Shown: in pieces, positions 47,798-57,404 of the stretch | Layout: each line of letters begins with the position of its first letter | Position numbering within the stretch: position 1 is the first letter of the stretch | Assembly: GCA_963840035.1 (NCBI GenBank) | Contig: CAWIXE010000001.1 | Span: forward strand, 332,503 to 396,502 | Length of the DNA: 64,000 nt | Direction: 5' to 3' | From: a candidate division FCPU426 bacterium | GTDB taxonomy: Bacteria; Oederibacteriota; PGYV01; Palsa-1178 | Made by a program: the position numbers and the translations under genes | Notes under the pieces: generated by a model | The model's database searches: none | Told to the model about the DNA's origin: nothing | Seen by the model: the letters and a program-made list of their open reading frames with translations, nothing else

Positions 47798-48298
47798 ATG
47801 CTTCAATATCAAAACATAAAAAAAATAGGAGTTATTTCGGATACCCACATACCCACGCGCGCCGAGAGCCTTCCTGAAAAAATATCTTCAATTTTTAAGG
47901 GCGTTGACCTTATAATTCATTGCGGCGATATTGTTTCCGATGACGTTCTTGTGGAACTCTCTTCCATAGCGCCTGTGGCCGCTGTAAAGGGCAACATGGA
48001 CTCATACGGAATAAGCCTTCCTGTTGAGGAAATCATAAAAATAAATGACACCTTCACCATTTGCGCGTCCCACGGCGCGGGTTCTCCTTTTAGCATTAAA
48101 GAACGCCTTTATAAGGCCTTTAAACAATACGCCCCGTCCTTGGTCTTATACGGCCACACGCACATAGCAGCGAAGGATGAATACATGGGCATACCATTTT
48201 TTAATCCGGGCAGCCCCACGGCAGGCTCTTCTTTTGACTCCGTGGGCATTATACTTATAGAAGAAAATATATTAAATACAGAAGTTATAAAGCTCTAA
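47798..48298 (+). CDS. YfcE/MJ0936-type metallophosphoesterase
   Basis: IGVISDTHIP...DLIIHCGDIVSDDVL...VKGNMD...GHTHI. Confidence 0.7.
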   Translation: MLQYQNIKKIGVISDTHIPTRAESLPEKISSIFKGVDLIIHCGDIVSDDVLVELSSIAPVAAVKGNMDSYGISLPVEEIIKINDTFTICASHGAGSPFSIKERLYKAFKQYAPSLVLYGHTHIAAKDEYMGIPFFNPGSPTAGSSFDSVGIILIEENILNTEVIKL

Positions 48299-48500
48299 CT
48301 TTTGAAATACGTTTACTTATTGTGAATTCGTACCTTTGGGGGCATTACCAACCAATAAAACACCTTAAAAATATAGCATTTATTATACTGGTGTTATTGT
48401 GTATAAGTGTTAATTGATTGTGGATAAGTAGGAGTTTGTACGAAAATTTCCGAAAACACATAATACCTTATTTTCTACGATTTTAGTATTTGTTAGGATT

Positions 48501-48612
48501 GTCATTGCGAGGAGCCGTATTTGTCTTATGGCGACGAAGCAATCTCTGTATTTCGCCAGTAGAACAGAGATTGCTTCGTCGGCGAAATTCAAATTCGCCT
48601 CCTCGCAATGAC
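48501..48612. repeat. Family D 112-bp double-stem palindromic element
   Basis: GTCATTGCGAGGAGCCGTATTTGTCTTATGGCGACGAAGCAATCTCTG...GAGATTGCTTCGTCGGCGAAATTCAAATTCGCCTCCTCGCAATGAC. Confidence 0.6.
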
Positions 48613-48623
48613 GTCTATATATA

Positions 48624-49841
48624 CTACTCTTTCGCCCTTATTATCGAATATGGCCCCGGGACTTCATTTGACCCTATTTCAATTACATAATCTTTATACT
48701 GCTTTGTATGCGTGTATTCCATTCCATCCGTGTCCGTAATCCCCTTAATTACAATATTAAATGTTTTACCCTCCGGCGTATACACTTCAAAGGTATCGCC
48801 TATCTTCATGGTGGCTTTCACATCAGCTAAAAACCTGTTCTTATCCCTGTTCTCCCTGATAAAACCCGCGTATCTGTACGTGGCCTGGTAGTCTGATGAT
48901 TTGTAATTCTGGTTTATCCCGCCATCAGGAAAATAAAGCCCGTCAGTGAATTCCCTGTGAGAAACTTTTTCAAGTTCTTTTATGTATTCAGTGTTAAAAA
49001 CATATCCGCCGGGGTCTTTCATGTATGAGTCCACGATGCTCCTGTATACCGAGGCTGTAACCGCCGCGTAATGTGACGACTTCATCCTTCCTTCTATCTT
49101 GAAACTTTCAATCCCTATCTCCATAAACTTATGCAGTTCCGGCGCAGAGCACAGGTCTTTTGAGTTGAATATATAAGTGCCTCTTTCATCCTCCATGACC
49201 GGCATGTATTCTCCCGGCCTTTTTTCCTCCACCAGTTTATAGCTCCACCTGCACGGCTGGCTGCACTCGCCCTTGTTCGCGTCCCTGCCTGTCATATAGT
49301 TTGACATCAGGCACCTGCCGGACAATGACATGCATATGGCGCCGTGGACAAATACCTCAAGCTCCATGTCCGGGCACTTTTCCCTTATTGTTTTAATGTC
49401 GGCAAACGGAAGTTCCCTGGCCAGCACCACCCTTTTCGCGCCCGCCTTCTGCCATGCCTTAACTTCCATATAGTTCATATTGTTCGCCTGCACTGATATG
49501 TGCGCGGCAAGAGAAGGAGCCTCTTCTTTGAGCAGCTGCATGACACCGGGGTCTGAAATGATGACAGCGTCAACCTTAAGGCTTTCAAGATAACGGAAAT
49601 AAACCCTCATGGGTTCTATGTCGCTGTTATACGGGAAGATGTTGGCGGTTATATAGATTTTTTTTCCGGCGGCGTGTGTTTTTTCAACCGCGGTTTTTAA
49701 TCCGTCATGGCTGAAATTTCCCGCGGAAGAGCGCAGGCCGAAGTTTTCGCCCGCGGCGTACACCGCGTCAGCTCCGAAACGCAGGGCAAACTCAAGTTTT
49801 TCCAGGTTTCCGGCGGGGGAGAGTATCTCAGGCTTTTTCAT
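48624..49841 (-). CDS. Peptidase U32 family protein
   Basis: U32 signature region ...HGAICMSLSGRCLMSNYMTGRDANKGECSQPCRW. Confidence 0.75.
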   Translation of the reverse strand: MKKPEILSPAGNLEKLEFALRFGADAVYAAGENFGLRSSAGNFSHDGLKTAVEKTHAAGKKIYITANIFPYNSDIEPMRVYFRYLESLKVDAVIISDPGVMQLLKEEAPSLAAHISVQANNMNYMEVKAWQKAGAKRVVLARELPFADIKTIREKCPDMELEVFVHGAICMSLSGRCLMSNYMTGRDANKGECSQPCRWSYKLVEEKRPGEYMPVMEDERGTYIFNSKDLCSAPELHKFMEIGIESFKIEGRMKSSHYAAVTASVYRSIVDSYMKDPGGYVFNTEYIKELEKVSHREFTDGLYFPDGGINQNYKSSDYQATYRYAGFIRENRDKNRFLADVKATMKIGDTFEVYTPEGKTFNIVIKGITDTDGMEYTHTKQYKDYVIEIGSNEVPGPYSIIRAKE

Positions 49842-50453
49842 TTAAAACATTTCTTTTCTTTCAATTATTGCCTGCCCCAGGGTTATCTCGTCGGCATAGC
49901 GTATATCCGAACCGGTTGGAAGCCCTTTTGCGAGCCTGCTGATCTTTACATTCAGCCCCGCGTCCTTAATGAGCCCTGACAGATATAAAGCCGTGGCGTC
50001 GCCTTCGACGGAATGGTTTATGGCAAGTATGAGTTCGGTTATTGTGTTTCCTTTTTCCCGGATCCTTCCCATTAGCTCTTCTATGCGGAGATTATCCGGC
50101 AGCATGTTGTTTAACGGGTTAATGAGCCCCTGAAGTATGTGGTAGTAGCCCTTAAACTTGCCCGTGCGCTCCACTGTAATGACGTCCTCGGCCGACTCCA
50201 GCACGCATATTACAGTCGCGTCCCTTTCATCGTCGGCGCATATGGTACAAAGGTCCCCTTCGCTGACATTAAAACACTTTTTGCAAAAACGCAGCTGTTT
50301 TATCTCTTCCAGGGTGTTCTTGAATTCATCCAGGTATTCGTGGTCTTTTTTAAGCATATGAAGCGATATTCTTTCGGCCATACGCGGGCCTATGCCCGGT
50401 AGTTTTGATATTTCGTTTATGAGTTTCTGGAGTTTATGCGGATAAGAAAACAT
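49842..50453 (-). CDS. recR: Recombination protein RecR
   Basis: C4 zinc finger CKKCFNVSEGDLCTICADDERD plus a Toprim domain. Confidence 0.9.
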   Translation of the reverse strand: MFSYPHKLQKLINEISKLPGIGPRMAERISLHMLKKDHEYLDEFKNTLEEIKQLRFCKKCFNVSEGDLCTICADDERDATVICVLESAEDVITVERTGKFKGYYHILQGLINPLNNMLPDNLRIEELMGRIREKGNTITELILAINHSVEGDATALYLSGLIKDAGLNVKISRLAKGLPTGSDIRYADEITLGQAIIERKEMF

Positions 50454-50461
50454 TTAACCCT

Positions 50462-50785
50462 TTAGAACAAGCCGGGAATATTCAGCCCGCCGGCTATCTT
50501 TTTTGATTCCTCATCCATCATGGCCTGAGCCTTGTTCATGGCCTCATTTACAGCCGCTTTAACGAGGTCCTGTAGCATTTCATTGTCCCCTGATGACGCG
50601 AGTTCCTTGTCTATCTTTATATCAAGCACCTCTTTGGCGCCGTTTACCTTTACAGTCACAGCCCCGCCGCCCGCGGAAGCTTCCACTTCTTTTTTCTTAA
50701 GGTCTTCCTGCATCTTTGCCAGTTCCATCTGCATTTTCTGGGCCTTCCGCATCATATCGCCCATATTGCCCATTCCTCCGCGCAT
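50462..50785 (-). CDS. ybaB: Nucleoid-associated protein YbaB/EbfC
   Basis: MGNMGDMMRKAQKMQMELAKMQEDLKKKEVEASAGGGAVTVKVNG. Confidence 0.85.
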   Translation of the reverse strand: MRGGMGNMGDMMRKAQKMQMELAKMQEDLKKKEVEASAGGGAVTVKVNGAKEVLDIKIDKELASSGDNEMLQDLVKAAVNEAMNKAQAMMDEESKKIAGGLNIPGLF

Positions 50786-50931
50786 AATATTACCTCCTCA
50801 AGTATGTCATCTCGCCTCCACCATCACCCCATTCATTTTCCCTCTCCTTTAAGGAGAGGGCCAGGGTGAGGTGAGCATCTGGTGGCGAGCGTTTGATCTG
50901 CCTTTTTTCCATATTCCCAATTACCCATTCC

Positions 50932-52641
50932 CTACTTCACGTTTTTCTTTACCTCAACGCTTGATACCTTGAAAATTGTGCTCAACTGTTTCACTACCGG
51001 GTGGTTCTTGGCTTCTTCCTCCGCCACTTCATGCTTTGCCTTGTGCTTTAAATTATATTCGCTTTTTTCAAGTATGCTCAGCGAGAAATCCCTTTTCAGT
51101 TCCTCTTTTAGAACTTCTTTAATCGCGTCTGAATGTTTTTTCAGTATGTCCGTAAAAAATTTATTCTCGCCGGTTATCAAAAGCGCCGGCTCGGCATACG
51201 ACACGACTCCTGCCGTTGTCATGGACTGGGCAAGCTCTTCCAGGTCCTGCTTGCCCTTTATCCTTTCAATTATTGAGTCCCAGTGGTGCTCTATGACTTC
51301 CCTGGTGACTTTTAATATCTTCTCTTCCTCCACTATCTCGTCGATTAACATCGCGCCACCCTGGGGTTTTTCTTCCTCAGGTTCTTCCGCTTTTATTTCA
51401 ACAGGCGCTGCCGCTTCCGCGGTTTTAACCGGCGCAGGCGCCGCCTTTATTTCAGTTTTTACGGGTTCAGTTTTTGCCTCAATTTTTTTTTCAGCGGGTT
51501 TTTCCGGCAGGCGTATTTCCGCTGCCGCGGCGCCCGTGCCCAGGGAAAATATCATGTCAGCCGCCATGGCTTCCATTACTATGGCGGGCATTGACGTCCT
51601 GGAAAGGAGCTGTTCCGAATCAAGGGCTTTCTGAAGCATATAAAGTATCTCTTCCTTTGTGACAGCGGCTGTAAGCGATTTTAAAAATTCATATTCCACG
51701 CCTGCCGCCTCTATTGTTTCCCTGCTGTCTATTGTTTTAATAATCAGCATTGACCGCAGCGACTCCACAGTATCCTCAAGGAACCTCTTTAAGTCATATC
51801 CTTTTTCAAAAACGGATTCCATGGCTGCCATCGCGGCTTTTATATCTTTGCTCATGATTCCGGCTAAGAGCCTGTTTAAAAGATCAGTATCTATCTCTCC
51901 GAGCATTTCCGCGGCCATGGCTGTCGTGATTTGTTCGCCGCGCGCGTAAGTCACTGCCTGGTCAAAAATCCTCTGGCCGTCGCGAAGCGCGCCGTCAGCG
52001 GCCCTTGCCACCATGTAAAAAGCCTCTTCCTCGCATGAGACATTTTCCTTGGACGCTATCATCTTTAAATTTTCAACTATCAGGTTTACCGGCATCCTCC
52101 TGAACCTGAAGTGCTGGCAGCGCGAGAGTATTGTGGCCGGTATGTTCTGCGGGTCAGTGGTGGCGAATATGAATATGACATGCTTGGGCGGCTCTTCGAG
52201 CGTTTTTAAGAGCGCGTTAAAGGCTTCCTTGGTTAACATATGGACTTCGTCTATGATGTAAACTTTATACCTTGAATGCGCCGAAGCCAGGCCTATGTGT
52301 TCCCGGAGTTCCCTGATTTCGTCTATGCCCCTGTTTGAGGCTCCGTCTATCTCTATTACATCCAGCGAATTTCCCTCGACAACCGCCACGCATGACGGGC
52401 AAACGTTACACGGGGTTACGGTCGGCCCTTTTACGCAGTTTACGGCCTTTGCAAAGACCCTGGCCGTTGTGGTCTTGCCGACGCCCCGGGGCCCTGAAAA
52501 GAGGTAGGAATGCATGATTCTGCCCTGTTCTATGGCCCTCTGAAGGGGTTCCGTGACCTGTGTCTGGCCTATTACGTCCTCAAAAAGCTGAGGCCGCCAT
52601 TTTCTGGTATATACGAGGTACTTATTATCGTTGTCGCTCAA
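50932..52641 (-). CDS. dnaX: DNA polymerase III subunit tau/gamma
   Basis: AAA+ motifs GPRGVGKTTTARVFAKAVNC and the C4 zinc module. Conserved dnaX-ybaB-recR gene order. Confidence 0.9.
   Translation of the reverse strand: MSDNDNKYLVYTRKWRPQLFEDVIGQTQVTEPLQRAIEQGRIMHSYLFSGPRGVGKTTTARVFAKAVNCVKGPTVTPCNVCPSCVAVVEGNSLDVIEIDGASNRGIDEIRELREHIGLASAHSRYKVYIIDEVHMLTKEAFNALLKTLEEPPKHVIFIFATTDPQNIPATILSRCQHFRFRRMPVNLIVENLKMIASKENVSCEEEAFYMVARAADGALRDGQRIFDQAVTYARGEQITTAMAAEMLGEIDTDLLNRLLAGIMSKDIKAAMAAMESVFEKGYDLKRFLEDTVESLRSMLIIKTIDSRETIEAAGVEYEFLKSLTAAVTKEEILYMLQKALDSEQLLSRTSMPAIVMEAMAADMIFSLGTGAAAAEIRLPEKPAEKKIEAKTEPVKTEIKAAPAPVKTAEAAAPVEIKAEEPEEEKPQGGAMLIDEIVEEEKILKVTREVIEHHWDSIIERIKGKQDLEELAQSMTTAGVVSYAEPALLITGENKFFTDILKKHSDAIKEVLKEELKRDFSLSILEKSEYNLKHKAKHEVAEEEAKNHPVVKQLSTIFKVSSVEVKKNVK
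51483..51491 (-). promoter_or_regulatory. Candidate -1 frameshift site (A9) in dnaX that would give a gamma-like short product
   Basis: On the minus strand the zero frame reads GCT GAA AAA AAA ATT GAG (AEKKIE). The -1 frame reads AAA AAA AAT TGA, which is an immediate stop, at about residue 383 of 569. A 6-bp GC stem (CGGCGC/GCGCCG) lies about 25 nt downstream. Confidence 0.3.
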
Positions 52642-52878
52642 ATTATTCTCCTGTTGTTATTGTATGGTTCTGTAGTGGCAATTCATGAATTGCCGATCCT
52701 TCCCTGGGCGATTCGTGAATCGCCCCTACAAAAACAATGCTCATTTTTAAATAAAGCCGGGTATCCGATAACTCCTTCCGGGCATCCGGTACCGTTGCTT
52801 CCTTCCGGACCTGGCGGGGTTGCGGAGCCGGCAAGCGCATCAGACCCGGCCTTATTTTGTTTGTTTTGTTTTTATATT

Positions 52879-52990
52879 GTCATTGCGAGGAACCGCATTT
52901 GTTCTATGGTGACGAAGCAATCTCTGTATTTTACCAATAGAACAGGGATTGCTTCGTCGGCATATTACTAAAACGCCTCCTCGCAATGAC
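52879..52990. repeat. Family D 112-bp double-stem palindromic element
   Basis: GTCATTGCGAGGAACCGCATTTGTTCTATGGTGACGAAGCAATCTCTG...GGGATTGCTTCGTCGGC...CGCCTCCTCGCAATGAC. Confidence 0.6.
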
Positions 52991-53037
52991 AATAAGCTCC
53001 CTGAAATCATACAGTATACTTTTTATATGGTCAATGT

Positions 53038-54924
53038 TTATTTGTTTTTTGCCTTTGTTATATAGCCGAAGGCCATAAGTATCGCGGCGAAATATACCAG
53101 TGCCATGATATCCATTACCGGCGGGTTTTTGGCAAACGACGGGAATATCCACAGCAGTATTTTATCCGCCGAGCCTATTGCCGCGTATATCTTTTCTTTT
53201 GAAACCGCGTAGCGCAGCGGCGGAGCCGCCATCATGGCAAATGAAGAGACCAGCGTTACCCCGAGCATAATCATAAATGTTTTTGTCTTCTGGAATCCCA
53301 TGGCGTCCATAAAGTACGCGTAAAAGACAGCCCACATCATGGCCATGGGCACCATCTGCCTGGCCGGTATCATGGAGCCTGTCCAGTCGCTCCAGAATAA
53401 AAAGAGGCTGTAATACGGTATGGTAAAGGCAAATACCAGCAGCAGCCTGAAATTTTTCCTCTGCCACGCCAGCATGACGCCCCACAGGGATATGATGAAA
53501 AGCGGATTGTAGATAAATAGCCCGTAATTCCTGTCAAACATCATGGCAAAAAAAGACTTTATCGCGTTCCATAAATCAAAGACAAAAAAGTAAGAGGTGT
53601 TCTCGTGTATGGATTTTATCCCTGACAGGGCAAAAACCCCGAATACCGAGTAATAATAAAATACAAAAAGGCCCCCTATAATTCCAAGCGTTGCGTTATT
53701 TGCAATTTCCGACGGGGCTTTGTATGCTTTCTTCCTCCAGGTCACGGCATAATACGCGGCGTAAAATATAAGCGACATTATGGCCAGCTTTGAGTGGAGC
53801 CAAGTCATGCATCCGATGCAGGCAAAATAAATTATTGAGGCGCCTTTGACCCTTATACCCGCCAGGTCAATCTCATAAAAACCCTCATTTTTTTCATATA
53901 TGGAATAAATATACGCCGCGCAGTACAGGATAAGTATTGCGGCGGGTATTTCCGTTAACGCGAGCGAAGAGCACATAAGCACGGGCGACGTTATGGAAAA
54001 TATCATGGAGGTAAATACCGCCGCATTATTTTTAATGTTAATTTTTATAAGAAAAATAAATAACAATGCCCCGAGGAACGCGGTTAAGGCGTTCATCAGC
54101 AGCCCCACTCCCAAACGTCCGCCGGCTTTTAGAAACGGCGCCATGAGGAAGGATACTCCGGCGTTATGCGTGGAATAAAGCCCTGTGCCGCCCCTGCCTT
54201 TTGTATTATGGAGGTTCTCATATTCCAGCTCCACCGGGTAAAAACTTTTATATGTCTTTCCCGTCACATACTGGTTTTCAAGGTTTACATCCAGGTCGTC
54301 TCCCAGACTTTTGGCTATTGTCAGGTAATGCGGCTCATCACCTGTAGGGGGGTAAATCACCGTAACCCATGATGTGGTCACTGCCGTAAAAAGGAATATT
54401 CCGAGGAATATCATTTTTGCGGTTTTTATCGCGCCGAATTTTTCCGACGCGTCATGCGTCATCTTTATAAAACGTATCATTATTGGAAAACAAAGCAGCA
54501 TTATGATAACGGATATCGCTGTCAAAATAAAATAACCCGAAGCCGTGAAATGTGTAAATCCCCCGGCCGGCTTATAAACCCAGCCGAGCACTTTCAGGTC
54601 AAGTGTAGATAATCTGTCGTTTAGTTTAAAGAAAACCGGCAGTAAAAGAAACGCAAGCGACGGCAGGCCGAATATAATGGAGTTTGTTTTCATCTCGTCG
54701 TGCGGGTCGGTCCCGAAAACCTTCATGAACGCGGCTGAAATAAAAAGCCATAGTATTGAAAAAAGTATTGAATAGGAAATTATGGATAAACAAAGGCTGC
54801 CCGGGTTTATGGCTGATACCAGAAAGGCCTTATCCCCGGCCATGGACGCGGCTATGTATGCGTAAATACCTGTTATTCCGCCTGATAAGGCAGGCAGGAC
54901 CGGATACAGCGGGTTGTTTTTCAT
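53038..54924 (-). CDS. GT-C fold membrane glycosyltransferase (PMT/ArnT-like), paralog of the 16223-17935 gene
   Basis: Polytopic. Loop motif YPPTGDEPHYLTIAKSLGDD. The probable start at MKNNPLYP overlaps the stop of the upstream 3D-domain gene by 4 nt. Confidence 0.6.
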   Translation of the reverse strand: MKNNPLYPVLPALSGGITGIYAYIAASMAGDKAFLVSAINPGSLCLSIISYSILFSILWLFISAAFMKVFGTDPHDEMKTNSIIFGLPSLAFLLLPVFFKLNDRLSTLDLKVLGWVYKPAGGFTHFTASGYFILTAISVIIMLLCFPIMIRFIKMTHDASEKFGAIKTAKMIFLGIFLFTAVTTSWVTVIYPPTGDEPHYLTIAKSLGDDLDVNLENQYVTGKTYKSFYPVELEYENLHNTKGRGGTGLYSTHNAGVSFLMAPFLKAGGRLGVGLLMNALTAFLGALLFIFLIKINIKNNAAVFTSMIFSITSPVLMCSSLALTEIPAAILILYCAAYIYSIYEKNEGFYEIDLAGIRVKGASIIYFACIGCMTWLHSKLAIMSLIFYAAYYAVTWRKKAYKAPSEIANNATLGIIGGLFVFYYYSVFGVFALSGIKSIHENTSYFFVFDLWNAIKSFFAMMFDRNYGLFIYNPLFIISLWGVMLAWQRKNFRLLLVFAFTIPYYSLFLFWSDWTGSMIPARQMVPMAMMWAVFYAYFMDAMGFQKTKTFMIMLGVTLVSSFAMMAAPPLRYAVSKEKIYAAIGSADKILLWIFPSFAKNPPVMDIMALVYFAAILMAFGYITKAKNK

Positions 54925-55628
54925 TTTATCTTCTTCTGGTCGTCTGTTTTTTTCCTGTAATGGCTCCACGGCTTTGAGCCAAGAACATACACCCTTACTT
55001 TTTTCCTTCCCCATTTCAGGGCTTCCTTTGTGGTGTTATAGCACAGGTCTATCCTCTTTCCTTTAATATCGCCGCCGGTGTCGCCGGCCCATGCAAAGCC
55101 GTAGCCGTCAACGTATATAAGCGAGCGCAGCGCGATTATCCTGGGGTCCACAGCCGCTATGCCGTAGCGCGTCCTCCAGCCAAGCGCGGTAATGCCCGCC
55201 CATTCCACCCCGTTTGACTCGGGGGACGGGTCATACGCCGTGGCTTCCATGTCATATGTATAATGCGCGTATGTTTCCTTAGGGACGGTGACGGGGTTTG
55301 TTTTTTTTGAATGACCCAGGACAAGCATGGCTTCAACGGGTTTTTTCAGGACGCCTGTTTCAAATATTATATTTTGCTTTACCGGTATTCCGGCAAATGA
55401 AAAATTTTCAGTCACCGCGTTTTTATACCCGGGGGAGCCTTCCTTAACCCATACTTTCCAGCCTTCCTGAAGGAATCCGCTGTGTTTTTTCTTTATTTTA
55501 TACTGGATCGACTGCCTGCCTATAGAGTATGAGGATGAGGAAAACATGGCAAACAAGGACGTACCAAGCCACAAAACCAGCATGACAGCGCAGGCAGCTG
55601 TTATAAATGACCTTTCTTTTTTTTCCAT
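54921..55628 (-). CDS. 3D-domain (MltA/YuiC-like) cell-wall-binding protein
   Basis: GIAAVDPRIIALRSLIYVDGYGFAWAGDTGGDIKGKRIDLCYNTTKEALKWGRKKVRVYVL. It has an N-terminal signal or TM segment. Confidence 0.6.
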   Translation of the reverse strand: MEKKERSFITAACAVMLVLWLGTSLFAMFSSSSYSIGRQSIQYKIKKKHSGFLQEGWKVWVKEGSPGYKNAVTENFSFAGIPVKQNIIFETGVLKKPVEAMLVLGHSKKTNPVTVPKETYAHYTYDMEATAYDPSPESNGVEWAGITALGWRTRYGIAAVDPRIIALRSLIYVDGYGFAWAGDTGGDIKGKRIDLCYNTTKEALKWGRKKVRVYVLGSKPWSHYRKKTDDQKKIK

Positions 55629-55637
55629 GACTTCCCC

Positions 55638-56705
55638 TTAAAAAAGCATCTTTCTTGTCTTTACCGAATATATATTAAACAATCCTGTTTTCCCTTTTAC
55701 TTCCACAGGCGGCAGCACGTCAATCTCTATCATATGTTCCATTATCTTGTATATGTCATCTGATATAAGCACCTGCCCGTTTGCCGCTTTGCTGCAGAGC
55801 CTGCTGGCAAAATTAACCGTATCTCCTATTACAGTATACTCCATGCGCTCTTCGCTGCCGATATTTCCGGCTATAACTTCGCCCCTTGCCAGCCCGATGC
55901 CGAGCCCCAGGTTAAGGTCCGGTATCAGTTCTTTTTTCCACTTTTCCATGAGCACGGTAAACTGCGCCTGAATGTCGATGGCGGATATTATGGCCTTATC
56001 CGGATCCGAATAATCCCTGTATTTTGCCTGTTCCTCAAAAACCGCCATAACAGCGTCACCGATATATTTATTTACCCTGCCGCCGTTCTTGTCTATCATT
56101 TTAGTGGCCATGGAAAGGTAGTCGTTAAGTATTGATATTACCTTTGCCGGCTCATAAGTCTCGGTAAGCCTGGTAAACCCCCGCAAATCGGAAAAAAATA
56201 CTGTCATTGTCTTCTTTTTTCCGCCGATGTATATCTCGCCTATGCCCCTTCCGTCTATTTCTTTTTTCAGGTGCGGGTCGAGGTAGGTTTCCACGGTCCT
56301 GGCGAATTTGTCCTTGTCCTGCTTTACAGTAACAAAGGCCTGAATGAAAGAATCAAAAATATTAATGATGTCATGATATGTATGCTTAAAACCCATGCTT
56401 TTATGCGGCTTGAATTTTATAGGAAGGAGTTCCTTTGACCTGAGTTCCTTTACCAGGTGGGAAAGCACGTGCTTTGAAAAAACGCCGAGCATTGACATTA
56501 CGAAAAAGTAAATGAGTATCCCGAAATATACAATTCCCATCACCGAGATTGACGCTATGTCCACCCACGGCTCTATTTTCAGGAATTTGTTTATGGTGGA
56601 GGTGACAAGGCTGTTTAAAGGGACATAACCGAAAGCTATCAAAAGCCCTATTATGACGCTTGCAAGAAAGATCCCGGTTACAGGAGCCTTTGCTTTGCGT
56701 GACAT
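55638..56705 (-). CDS. Membrane-anchored class III adenylate/guanylate cyclase
   Basis: Two N-terminal TM helices. Cyclase homology domain (CHD): FSDLRGFTRLTE...YIGDAVMAVF...GDTVNFASRL. Confidence 0.7.
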   Translation of the reverse strand: MSRKAKAPVTGIFLASVIIGLLIAFGYVPLNSLVTSTINKFLKIEPWVDIASISVMGIVYFGILIYFFVMSMLGVFSKHVLSHLVKELRSKELLPIKFKPHKSMGFKHTYHDIINIFDSFIQAFVTVKQDKDKFARTVETYLDPHLKKEIDGRGIGEIYIGGKKKTMTVFFSDLRGFTRLTETYEPAKVISILNDYLSMATKMIDKNGGRVNKYIGDAVMAVFEEQAKYRDYSDPDKAIISAIDIQAQFTVLMEKWKKELIPDLNLGLGIGLARGEVIAGNIGSEERMEYTVIGDTVNFASRLCSKAANGQVLISDDIYKIMEHMIEIDVLPPVEVKGKTGLFNIYSVKTRKMLF

Positions 56706-57388
56706 GTCAGCGCTTCCTGAATAATGAATAAAGCTTCTTGATTGAGAAGCTCCTTAAAATCCCTGACCTTCATATCCGCGCCTTTGATGTCGTGGCTTGT
56801 GTCCCTGTTTATGGCCACGCACCTTATTTTGGCGTTTACCGCTGCGTCAATGCCTATCTGGGCGTCCTCAAAAACCACGCAGTTCTCCGGTTTAAGGCCG
56901 AGCCTTTTAGCGGCGGTTAAAAATATGGACGGATGCGGCTTGCCGTACTTTAAGCTCGCGCCCTCCACCTCAGCGTCAAAATAAGGGTATATGTTCACCT
57001 TTTGAAGTATCGGCCTGGCGTTTTTACTCGATGAGGCCATGGCCAGCTTGAACCCTTTTTTCTTGAGGAGTTTTATAAAGTTGAGGGTGGATTTAAAAAC
57101 TTTTATTTTTCCGGTTTTTAAAATTTTTTCAAACTGCACCTGTTTTGCCGCGCATATCTTTTCTATCTCGGAATTAGGCAGGTCGGGCATGATGGTCTTC
57201 GCGCCTTTGGCGCGCGGCTTTCCGTCAACCTTGCTTTTAAAATCCTTAAATGTAAAATTAACGCCGTAATTTTTCAGGACAATTTCCCATGATTTGTGAT
57301 GGATGTGCGCCGTGTCGACTATTACGCCGTCCACGTCAAATATTACACCTTTAAAATCAGCTTCGCTTCCAGCATGCTTCCCGGTCAT
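56678..57388 (-). CDS. HAD-superfamily hydrolase (beta-phosphoglucomutase-like subfamily)
   Basis: Motif I GVIFDVDGVIVDT. Later motifs are present. Confidence 0.7.
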   Translation of the reverse strand: MTGKHAGSEADFKGVIFDVDGVIVDTAHIHHKSWEIVLKNYGVNFTFKDFKSKVDGKPRAKGAKTIMPDLPNSEIEKICAAKQVQFEKILKTGKIKVFKSTLNFIKLLKKKGFKLAMASSSKNARPILQKVNIYPYFDAEVEGASLKYGKPHPSIFLTAAKRLGLKPENCVVFEDAQIGIDAAVNAKIRCVAINRDTSHDIKGADMKVRDFKELLNQEALFIIQEALTCHAKQRLL

Positions 57389-57404
57389 TTTTACTGCCTT
57401 CCCG

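Noticed and set aside
50836-50866. Hairpin CCCTCTCCTTTAAGGAGAGGG between dnaX and ybaB as a terminator
   Set aside because: There is no U-tract on either strand after the stem. It lies inside a conserved operon (dnaX-ybaB-recR). It is more likely a translational or processing structure or a coincidence.
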